Positions 47,249 to 58,406 of a DNA stretch of 64,000 nt are shown one piece after another. Under the pieces are notes generated by a model that worked only from the letters and a program-made list of their open reading frames with translations, had not been told where the DNA came from and did not search any database. The DNA comes from Takakia lepidozioides (taxonomy: Eukaryota > Plantae > Bryophyta): contig CM060731.1 in assembly GCA_030704615.1 (NCBI GenBank), positions 12,090,001 through 12,154,000 on the forward strand. Direction: 5' to 3'. Made by a program: the position numbers and the translations under genes. Positions within the stretch are counted from its first letter, which is position 1. Each line of letters opens with the position of its first letter.

Positions 47249-50200
47249 ATGGCGACTGCAATTAAGCTTGAGATGCCACCCGCCCTCCGCCGCGCTGCGG
47301 ATTGCGCAGGGAGAGAGCATACCGAAGGCCCTGTCTTCTCCTTCTGTGGAACTGGCAGGAAGTGGCACATCATGCAGCGCAGTAGCGGGTAAGGCTGCAG
47401 AGAGATAGTGGTTCTTGGCAATGCCAGGCCCCAGAATTTTGGACGTGATGACAGTTATACCCATCCGGCCTCCGGCGATGCCGAACGAAGGTATTGACAT
47501 GCAACTCTTTGCGTACTTGTTTGGATGCTTAATCTATGCGCGTCTGAGCGATCCTGGCTCCATGTTGGTCCTTGAACCAACCCAAGTCCGGCTCAAACGC
47601 CAGAGTGCTCTCGCACAGCCAGCCACAATGCGGTTACATGAAAGGATCAGTGTTGAAATTGTGCTGATAGCAGTCCATTCGATTCCGCTGAGTGTGTAGC
47701 CTCCATCTGCAACATATATGCTGTGATTACATTGTCAGTCACTGCTCATGATTCAGAGCAGGGGCAAAGAGGGAGAGAGAAAGAGAGAGAGGTTAATTGT
47801 GGAAAGCTTACCCAAACAGTCCTCAATAAGACAAAGGTCAATCATCGTCTGGTAAAGCTATATACTTGAGCTGTATCACTCCCCGATACATACAAAGGCA
47901 ATTGGAAGCTGGCAAAGTTCTCATGTCCTTGTAGTTCTTGACACAGGCCAAACAATGAGTCAAAACCAGCTTTGTGACAAGTTCTTCTCAGATCCCTCAC
48001 AGTGGTGGGACAACATGTTTGATAAGGTTAGTTTATCTTTATTGAGGACGCAATTGAGTTTGTCAAGGACAAATATGACAGCAGTTGACATGACGGTATT
48101 TTGTGGAGTGGATTGTATCTCCAATTAATGGCAATGTTGCTGTTGCTCTCAGTGCCTTGTTCAAGGTTGTTCCCTGTGATTTGAAAGATGCTTGAAGCTT
48201 TGGTGGCTGTAGCCTGGTCTTGCAGGCCGTGGCTGCCGCCATAGCTGATCAGCTGACTGCTAGTCGTTTGCATAGAAAGGTCCGAGATCCCCATATTTCA
48301 GAGGTAAAGGCATAAAGGAGGCCCTTTGGATTGAAAGTTGGTCGGACCCTCCTTGGGTGAAAGCAGGGCTAGCTCTCATGATTGGAGGTCTAGCAAAATC
48401 TTCTGCCCATCCCAATTATGGTCGAGGAACAAGGCCTGGTCAAACAACCGTGGTGGAGGAATTTGAATATCAACCACAATCAGCCTGGCTTGAAGGATCT
48501 ACAGAGGGAGTCAGCAAGTCCTCTTCTGGCACTTGTGAGGATGTGAGGACACTATGTAAGGCAGGACGGCTGAAAGAGGCGCTGCACATTTTACACCAAA
48601 AAGTCATTCGGGCAGATTTCAATACTTATGTCTGTCTCTTGCACCATTGCGTAAACATGCAAGGCCTACTGGAGGGGAAGCAGGTGCATGCCCACATTAT
48701 CCAAAGTGGCTTCAAGCCAAATATCTTACTACTCAACACCATTATCAACATGTACGCCAAGTGCAAGAGTGTCGTGGATGCTCGCCAAGTGTTTGACAAA
48801 ATGCCTGAACGAGATATGTTTACCTGGAATATAATGATAGCAGGGTATTCCAAGCAAGGGTGTGCTAGGGAGGCATTTGAGCTCTATGAGCAGATGATAC
48901 GGGATGGGGTGACACCCAATAGGGTCACGTTCATTTGCGTTCTCAAGGCATGTGCCAGCCTGGCTGATCTTGAAAAGGGCATAGATGTCCATACTAACAT
49001 CATCAAAGCTGGGATTGTCCCAGATATGATTCTGGGGACTGCCCTTGTTGACATGTATGCCAAGTGCGGGAACATCAAGGATGCTCGTAAAATGTTCGAC
49101 AGTATGGCTAAACGAGATGTGGTATCATGGAACACCATCACTGCAGGATATGCTCAGCATGGGTGTGGTACAGAGGCTTTAGAGATATATGCGGAAATGA
49201 TACGGGAAGGGATGATCCCCAACAAGGTCACCTTCATTTCTGTTCTGAATGCATGTGCAACCCTGGTAACCCTGGAAAAGGGCATCGAGGTCCATGCTGA
49301 CATCATCAAAGCTGGAATTTTGCCAGATATCATCCTTGAGAATACCCTTGTCAACATGTATGCCAAATGTGGGAGCATAGAAGATGCACATAAAGTGTTC
49401 AACGAGATGTCTAAACGAGATGTCGTGTCATGGAACACGATAATTACAGGATATGCTCAGCATGGGTGCGGTAGAGATGCATTTCAGATGTATGAGCAAA
49501 TGAGACAGGAAGGGGTGAAGCCGAATGGGGTCACTTTCACTTGCGTCGTCAATGCATGCTCCAGCCTCGGGGCCCTGGAAAAGGGCAGAGCGGTCCATGC
49601 TGATGTCATCAAAGCTGGAATTGCACCAGATATCAATCTGGAAAATACACTAGTTGACATGTATGCCAAATGTCATAGCATGAAGGATGCACGGGAGGTG
49701 TTCGACAGCATGACGCAACGAAATGTGGTCTCATGGAGTGCTATGATCACAGGATATGCTCAGCATGGGTGTGGTAAGGAGGCTTTCGAGATCTATGACC
49801 AAATGCAACAGGAAGGGGTGAGGCCCAATGGCTTCACACTCACTTCCATTCTCAATGCATGCGCCAGCCTAGGAGCCCTCGACAGGGGCATAGAGGTCCA
49901 TGCTGCCATCATCAAAGCTGGGATTGCCATGGATATCATTCTGCAGAATACACTTGTCGACATGTATGCCAAATGTGGGAGCATAAGGGACGCACGCCAA
50001 GTGTTTGACAACATGGCTCAAAGAAATGTAATCTCTTGGAATGTGATGATCACAGGATATACTCAGCTCGGGTGTGGTAGGGAGGCTCTGGAGATGTATG
50101 AGCAAATGATCTGGGAAGGGTTGATACCCAACACTGTCACTTTCATTTGTGTTCTCAATTCCTGTGCCAGCTTGGCAGCCCTAGAAAAGGGTAAAGAGGT

Positions 50201-51557
50201 CCACGCTGGTATCATCAATGCTGGAATTGGGTCATGTATCAATTTGGAGAATACTCTTGTGAACATGTATGCAGAATGTGGGAGCATAGAGGATGCACGT
50301 GAAGTATTTGACAATATGATCGAACGAGATGTGGTCTCATGGAATGTAATGATCACGGGATATGGTGAGCATGGTTGTGGTAACAAGGCTTTCGAGATGT
50401 ATGAGGAAATGAGACAGGAAGGGGTGTCACCTGACAAGGTCACGTTCATTTGTGTTCTTAGGGCGTGTGCCAGCCTGGCAGCCCTGCACAAGGGCAAGCA
50501 GGTTCATGCTGACATTATCAAAACTGGAATTGCGTCATATATTAATTTGGAGAATACCCTTGTTAACATGTATGCTGAATGTGGGAGCATAGACGATGCA
50601 CGTCAGGTGTTTGAAAGTATGATTGAACGAGATGTAGTCTCATGGAATGCCATGATCACAGGATATGGTCAGCATGGGTGTGGCATGGAGGCACTGCAAC
50701 TATTTGAACAAATGCAAGAGGAAGGCTTGAGGCCAGATGGCATCACCCTTACATGTCTTCTCTCTGCATGTAGCCATGCAGGTCTAGTGCATGAAGGCCA
50801 TCATTTCTTTGATTCCATGACTCGAGACCATGACATCACTCCTACTCTGCAGCATTTTGGTTGCATGGTGGACCTTCTTGGGCGTGCAGGGCAATTGGAT
50901 GAGGCAGAGGATCTCATTAACAAAATGCCACTTGAACCAGGTGCTCTGGTGTGGGGGGCCTTGCTTGGTGCCTGCAGAATCCATGGGAATCTCAACATAG
51001 CAGAACGTGCAGCAAAACGTCTTCTCAAGTTGCAGCCACTGGATGCCGCAATTTACGTGCTCCTATCAAACATCTATGCTGCAGCTGGCAGGTGGGAGGA
51101 TTTAGCAAGGGTGAGAAAGGTAATGGACGAGAGAGGTGTCAGAAAGGAGCCGGGATATAGCTGCATCGAGGTGGACAACTGGGTGCATACATTTGCTGTG
51201 GAAGACAAATTGCATCCAGAAATCGACGGAATCCAAGCTGAGCTGGAGAGATTGTTTGGGCAGATGAAGGAGGCAGGTTACTTGCCTGACACACGCTTTG
51301 TGTTACATGATCTGGAGGAGGAGCAAAAGGAAGTCTCTCTTTGCCACCATAGCGAAAAGTTGGCCATTGCTTTCGGGCTCATCAGCACACCCCCTGGGAT
51401 GCCTCTCTGCATTACCAAAAACCTTCGGGTGTGTGGTGACTGCCACACTGCCGCCAAGTTCATCTCAAAGATTGTTGGGCGAACAATTCTTGTAAGGGAT
51501 GTCAACCGCTTTCACCACTTTCATGACGGTGTTTGTTCTTGTGCGGATTACTGGTGA
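47249..51557 (+). CDS. PLS-class pentatricopeptide repeat protein with E and DYW deaminase domains (organellar C-to-U editing factor)
   Basis: Main frame is open from 48276 to 51557, with seven ~101-aa PLS units, PG box PGYSCIE, HSEKLA, CGDCH and terminal DYW. Proposed first exon 47249-47388 (ATG..GG|GTAAGG) splices in phase to TTCAG|48302. The first exon is inferred. Confidence 0.92.
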
Positions 51558-52403
51558 AGCAAGCAACATGCATGAACAACAGCCAACGTGTTGTCATATT
51601 AAGCTTTCCCAGGTGGACGGTTGCAGATGCTACCCTATCTCCCCTTGACATAAATGGAAGTAGTGGGAAAACCTCGTCCATAATCTGCACATGTCTCTCC
51701 TGGAACTTGCTCCATTTTCCAGTGGAGCCTCCACCAACACCCTCTCCCCCATACAATGTGCTCACAACCACATCTTGCACTTTTGTTTGCCCATAGGTAG
51801 TCCCATGAGATGCCCGTAAAAAAATCCGCAATGTGAGGCTTATTATTTCAACAGGCTCAGTGCCAGCCAGCTCTATCGTAACCAGACAGACCTTCTGTCA
51901 TAATCCACTTCACTGAAAACTTCCCAATTGCTGATGATGGGCTGGTCTTGCATGGTAAGCTCTCTCTAAACAAGCAGCATGCTCATTGTTTATTATCAGG
52001 TTGGTTATGGCCAAAGTTGGGCTGCCTGTGGTGTGCGTTAATCTGCACAAGCAAGGTATAGAAGGAACACCAACAATAGAAGAAATATTATACTCAGCCT
52101 CACTGTGTGATACATGTGTTTCATGTAGTATATTGTAGGTCCACAATTGTTCCAATTGCATTGGCAATGTGCACCTTGGACTACACTGTTTTTGGCCAAA
52201 AAGGAATCATCATTGACCCAACAATCTCGACCGGAGTTGGGCGTATTATTAGACATTCATCCATGCTAAGAGTCGAGGCAATGTGAGGCAATTTACGGAA
52301 CAATATGCTCAGCTGCAGTAAATCCACCTCAAACATTGTGTCCGTTTATTCATCAATGAAACACTCCTACTCCTACATTTGCTTTGGTGTTGTGAGTCTA
52401 AAC

Positions 52404-53131
52404 CAGTGTTGTACTGGTATGTGCCAGTAGGCCCGGGTATGTGCACTGGTATGAATAAGGGTATTGTAGAACATACCAGTTGGGTATGTCTTGGGGCATA
52501 TACCCCAGCTATACCATGGACCCGGGTTTTGAACACTGGACCTACCCACCTACCTACCATACCAGTCTAAGTATGAGCTACTTTCATACTCCGCTCCAGA
52601 CCCGTATTGAGGATTGATGAACCCAAGCTAGCATGGGTATGTGTAATGATACAATAGGGGTAGAAGGTATGGCGTACAATGAGCAGCATACAAGGCACAA
52701 TATGCAGGATTTCTTCAGTTTTTGGAAGGCTTTTCTCCCATTTGTTACAATCCAGCCTGTTACAATACAAAGACCTTCACTAATTTATGAGCAATACAAT
52801 TTAGTTTGCATGGGCATGTGTGATTGCAATTTTCTTTTACCTTTTGTATGTTGCCCTCAATCTGGTTTTATTTCAGCTTTGAATACAGTATGATGACTGT
52901 TAGGGTATACCATACCATTGCACATGATCCCCCCATATGTCATTTGAGTTTTTGCCATACCCATGCCTGGGACCAGGGTATCTCAAAATTGGAAATACCC
53001 ATACCCATACCCATACCCATACCCTGGCCAGTCCTAATCTACCCCGGGCCCTACTAGTTGGACCCAAGAGCCAAGTTGGACCTACTAGTACCAGTCTGGT
53101 ATATCAAAATGGACATACCAGTACAACACTG
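52404..53131. mobile_element. Non-autonomous hAT element (MITE)
   Basis: Perfect 19-bp TIR CAGTGTTGTACTGGTATGT and perfect 8-bp TSD GTCTAAAC. Subterminal ATACC-rich repeats including (CCCATA)n. Confidence 0.88.
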
Positions 53132-53616
53132 GTCTAAACCCCACATATGCTTCACTTATGCTCACATTTGGCTGCTTCTGAGAAGTTCTGATATCCAAAC
53201 ATAATTTGCTCTATGACTTTTTGTAAAGCCGAATGGCGGCCTTGCAGTCCTGCTGTGACACTTAGAATACATGAGAAGCCTCAGCTCATGACCGAGTGCG
53301 CCCTTTGTGCCACCAACTGCGTTTTAGTCCCCAATAAACCAATTTTTTACCTCAGCCTATTACTCAGGCATGGGCAAGGCCTTACAGCCAGTGCCGAAGT
53401 TAAATATCCCCCAACCTCTAGCTGTGTCAAATATTTATTTTTGGGAGGGAAAAAATCTGTTGAGATGATCCACACAAGCAGGCATTGAATCATTCCACAG
53501 ACATGAATGAATAATGAGAAAACCTACCTTACCTAAGGGCGTCCTTCCATGTGGTCAAACCAGACCAAAAGATGATGTCATTATCAGGTTTTGAACGTGT
53601 CCGCCGGGGCCTTCTA

Positions 53617-54352
53617 AGGTAGAAACACCTAAAATGGAGCACATCCCAATACGGACCCCTAGAAAAATACCTAAAACTAACCATATGCCATCTTTAAAAG
53701 GTGCTTTGATCACACATGGTCCAGATTAAGTCATGTGGTGAGCCACAATGGAACTCCAATGAACCTTTTTAACTCATACATGATCATGATGACATCACTT
53801 GATGGACAAGTTAATAGCCACCGCCGCGCACTTTGAGAGAAGTATCAAGTCATGAATGAGTGGAGACAAGAACAACTAATCCAAACATGTAGGAGAGGGG
53901 ATCACATTCCCTGATCAATGATCCGGATTGAGTTTCATCTAGATCAACGATCTAGGATTGAGTTTCTTCCATATGGACCTTGAGCTCAGTTTTCTTTAAG
54001 GTGGGAGGTTACTTTAAGGTCAATAAATGGTTATGTTAGTCGACTGACATGGTCCATGTTACTATGGTGTTTAATCAGTAAAGTGAAAGAGGACGTGTAC
54101 TTTTTGGGCACCTTTGGCTCCAAACGAGTGCACTTGTGGTTCAAAATAGTACCGCCTACTGGTCCATTCAAGATTATTCCATGATTTCACATTGAATATT
54201 CACCAATATTACAAATTATTTCGGAAATTATTTATCTTTTTTTCATTAAATTTCATTTCCTTGTGCCCACATCAGAAAAATATATATGACAACACTGCAC
54301 ACCTAAAATTGCACACATTTCTTTAAATGATCCATTTTAGGTGTTTCTACCT
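53617..54352. mobile_element. MITE with TA flanks (Harbinger-like or Tc1/mariner-like)
   Basis: Perfect 22-bp TIR AGGTAGAAACACCTAAAATGGA flanked by TA on both sides. Confidence 0.8.
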
Positions 54353-54971
54353 TATGTGCAAAACCGAGACCCAAACCCTATCTCGGGTCCGATCTCCCAA
54401 CTCTCCATGAAAAGTGGAAAGTTGGGAGATCAGGTCCCGATCTTTGACTTTCACCCGCTATAGCAGGTTGGTTTTCCCGATCACCTGTCGAGCAGGTCTC
54501 TTGTTTGTGTGTGAACTTGTGAAGCACCCGTGGAATGTGCGCTGGAAGAAGGCAACCGGCAACACAACCGGCTCACCATGGGAGATGGGGTGACTACTTG
54601 GACGGACCCTTGTAGAGTCAACCATCGAGCCCTTGGTCAAACCCATCCCAACTATGATGTCATTAGAAGCAGTGATTTTTTCCTTGAATTTGAAAAATAG
54701 CACGAATGGCTATTAAATTTTACAAGAAATAGCTATATATTCTGTTCATCCATTGAAATTTGGATAGAATCATCCTCCTATGTACTTTCATCCATTTATA
54801 TCATCCATATTTGGCAAATTCATCCATTATTATTTTATCTTTGTAGAAGTTTGGCGATTTCATCCATGAAAAAATTGGGAATTTACAACAGAATATTCCT
54901 TCTTCTTTTTTTGAGGTCGCCATTTGGCGATTGTTCGCCAAGGAAAAAAACACTAATTAGAAAGGGTCGGT

Positions 54972-56457
54972 CTACATAGAAACAGACTCTAAGGGTTTTC
55001 CCCGTTTGCTGTCCATGGCATCTTTTTTCCACTTACAGCTCATGCAGAGGAAGGGGCCTTCCAATGGCCTTGAGTTGGGCCCTGAGAAGAAAGATCCAGC
55101 ATGCACTGAGATGCCATCACTCGACTCAATATCACATTGGCAGATGGCACACATAAATAGGTCATTTCCTCCATGAACTGATAGTTGTGGACCCAACCTG
55201 CATGCAGATCGCACACATGGTGAGAAACCTTCCAGCTTGCACAACTTCTAAGGATAAGAGCTTCATGAGCACTGTGACTACAACTACCAACTAAGTAGAT
55301 GCATTTGCTGACAGGCAAGACCTACAATCTAACACATGGGAGAAACAGTCATTGCGTACACAATAAAAAAAATTGCAGAACAAAACCACCACTATCCTCC
55401 ACCATTGAACTTATAACCTACATATTGTACTTTTCTCTCTCCTGTCAAGTGAATTCATGTGAAGAGCAGAAAAAAACAACACTCTGAAGATGCTCTTGAA
55501 ACATTGCGTTGGAAATTGTTCACTGACCTATCAGACAGTATGGAAGAGCCTTCCTCAAAGAGTTCCTCCATAATAGGCAGTCGAGCATATCTTTCAGTCT
55601 TAGCAGTTGGCGCTCGACGCAACTAGAAGAATCTTTAAAAAAAAAAAACTTCTTCATTGTTGAAGGCGGACAAGAATGGTTGGATGGAATTAAGTCCACC
55701 ACCAGGCATGTGTTATCATCTCGTAGTCCTCGACACCTCAAGGTCTCCTGCAATCAAAAGGATGCAAGGATGCAAATTACTTGACTGCAAACTTAAAGCA
55801 GGATTCAACAATGGCAACTGTAGGGCCCACTTCCCACTCTCCCTCTCAATCTGTATCTTGATAAAATTGAAGCACTGCTGGAGTAGGCATTCCACACCTG
55901 AAGTGGAATGCCTGTTGTATCATGTTCTTTCCATCAAACTAGGCACGGGGCCTACAGCCACATGACTTCATCAAGCAAAGTCTTAGGAATACGTTGACCA
56001 CAAGAGAAGGTTTACCCTCCAAGACAACCGACTTGGCTCAATGTTGTTGGCATCCCCTTCACACATCCAACTGCTCAAAGCAAGAACGGATAGACAACCA
56101 GAGAAATATGGGTAAACAAATGAAGAGCACACAACAGGGTCAGGTACTCCATTAAAATTATCCATTATCACGGGTAGTAAACATCCTTAGTGCCTAACAT
56201 CTCTTGGGTACTCTAGTTTAAAAACACTTCACTTATACACACTATCTCATTAATGGCATGAACAATCTCAAGCATTAGCAAGGTTTGATAGGACTGGAAA
56301 ACTCTGGATGTGAGCCAACATTTCCCACCTTTACAATGTGCTTCGCTGCTACTTCTGGTTGTAGTAAACCACGACAGCATTTTGAAGCCTTGTCTGCGCT
56401 CAAAGCATCCCATACACCATCTGAGGCAATAAGCAACCTCCCTCCAGGATTTGAGAG
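54972..56457 (-). pseudogene. Protein phosphatase 2C (type with C-terminal Cys motif), last three exons; the middle one is frame-disrupted
   Basis: Exons 56329-56457 (GGRLLIASDGVWDAL), 55528-55747 (RGLRDDNTCLVVD; EELFEEGS lies in another frame) and 54972-55197 (CAICQ..GISVHAGS..GPFLC..C..KKDAM). 5' exons were not found in the window. Confidence 0.7.
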
Positions 56458-56959
56458 CTGCACACCAATGTCTGGTTACAAGAAGTACCTAATCTACCAA
56501 GAGGACATGAGGGTTGCATGAGCAACAGGTCATTGGCAGGAAAGGCAAAGAATTTCCTAAGCTATGTTTGTGGGTTCTGTTCATTCACAATCTCCCAAAT
56601 GAGGAGACTAGAATAGACAATCTCATCACAAAGCCATCAAAATTAGTGCCCATGTTGGTACACCCAACTCAACAGATATGGCACTCCCTCTTATGTGGAG
56701 ATTTGTGCTGTAGTATTGAAGGAGCTTCTAAATTCCCGCTTAGAAATTACAAATTAGTTTCTTCCAATTCATGATCTTCTTCTTGTCAGCTGGAAGCAGG
56801 AAGAAATATCCCTCAAAATCCCCACTGGAGGTCTCTATGGACTAAGGTGATTTATATACGTGTGGATTTCTATATGAGATAACTAGCTCTTTATTAGAAT
56901 GATTTGTAGAGACCAAGTTAAACCAAGCTATTTTAAACAAGCAACCTGGTGACCAGTTA

Positions 56960-58406
56960 ACATCTCCCACCCCGCGGATCCAAAAAGCATGAGACCAAAC
57001 AGATGCACCCTCCTCAACAAGGGCTTTCCAACGGCACCAAACACCAGGGCTTGGGCCCCGCGGTTTGGGAGATCTCAACCACGAAAGCTACTCCATGAGT
57101 CTGCTCATGTGAGCCTATGAGCCCAGGCTCACGATTGACCCACTAAGCGAGCTTGGGCGTCACGCTTAGTGGTCGTGAGCGCATAGTGGTGCGGTATTAT
57201 AAAAGGGCCTATACCCGAGGACAAAGGCAGACCTATTCCCGTGAGAATACCAACAGCGCCATTTGGAAAATTGGAATCGTATTGATGCATTCATTATGTG
57301 CCTATAATCAGGTGTGAAGACTTATGTGGGCGTTGATAACCACATAATTTCTAGACATCACAAAGCTATGTTATGTTATGATATGTTTTTGGTTTTTCCC
57401 CGAAATAATGTGATATTTTTGTTTTTTGTTGTATCATTGGAGGACTCCACGAATTATGTGGGCGTCAACACCTACATAAGTCCTCAATTTTATATTAAAT
57501 TATTTTTTGGAAAATTTTGGGTTTTGTTTGTTTTTTTTTAATGTGTTTGCGTAGGTCCACCAGTCCTCACATTTTATATGTAATTTTTTTTGAAAATTTT
57601 GGGTTTATTTTTTTTAAGGACTTGCGGAAGGTCCACGAATTGTATGGGCATCAACACCCACATATATTCTCACATAATACTTTTTGAAAAATTTAAAAAC
57701 AAAAACACTTTATTGTGTCGTTGGAGGACTTGCGGGAGGTCTATGAATTATGTGGGCGGTCCTCACATAATGTTTTTGGAAAAACAAATCGATTTATTGT
57801 GTCATTGGAGGACTTGCGGGAGGTCCATGAATTATGTGGGCGTCAACACCTACATAAGAGGCAATGAAGGCAAAGTAATAGGACATCCAAAATAAATAGG
57901 ACACCATGTGCAGTATCTCGTTGTTAGACAGTGTGAACTCATCGTAGGTAAGAGTGTCCAAAGTTGAACTCGAATGGGTTTCGTTAGCGAAATTGATTTT
58001 TGTGATTACATTTTTTTTCGCCTAACAAACTGTTGTGACCAATGCTGCCATTCAATCATGAAATAAGTATTGGCGAGAGGGGAATGTATGGAAATGCACG
58101 GAAATAAGTGAAATATCCGCAGTTATGGGGCTCCCTTCCGAAGCTCATAGGCTCACGTGAGCTCATGAGCAGGCTCACGAATTAGCATTCCTTGATATCA
58201 ACGACGCTACAAAACAAAACAAACTGCCCAAGTGTCTAGTGTCATCCAAGTCTAACTGCAATTCCTTATGTATTAGAGACTTACAGTTTGGGAGCTCTAC
58301 GGTAGCTTGTGCCATTGGCCCATGCAGAATTGAAATCTAAGCCCAAGTGCAATCTCCTCTGTATCCAAGTGCTTCTCCTATATAGAGGCCCAAGTACGAC
58401 CTCCAA
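56960..58406 (-). mobile_element. Helitron family C pieces interrupted by a hAT element
   Basis: The family C module runs to GAGATCTCAAC at 57079 and resumes with GACGCTACAAAACAAAAC after 58202. Confidence 0.65.
57080..58194. mobile_element. Non-autonomous hAT-like element with internal tandem repeats
   Basis: 8-bp TSD ATCTCAAC / ATATCAAC. Imperfect TIR CA(C/A)G..GCTA..TGAG(T/C)CTGCTCATG. Subterminal TGAGC motifs. About 5 internal copies of GGAGGACTTGCGGGAGGTCCATGAATTATGTGGGCGTCAACACC. Confidence 0.75.

Noticed and set aside
51150-51557. U-to-C (DYW:KP) editing factor
   Set aside because: It has the canonical PG box, HSEKLA and a DYW end, so it is the ordinary C-to-U type.
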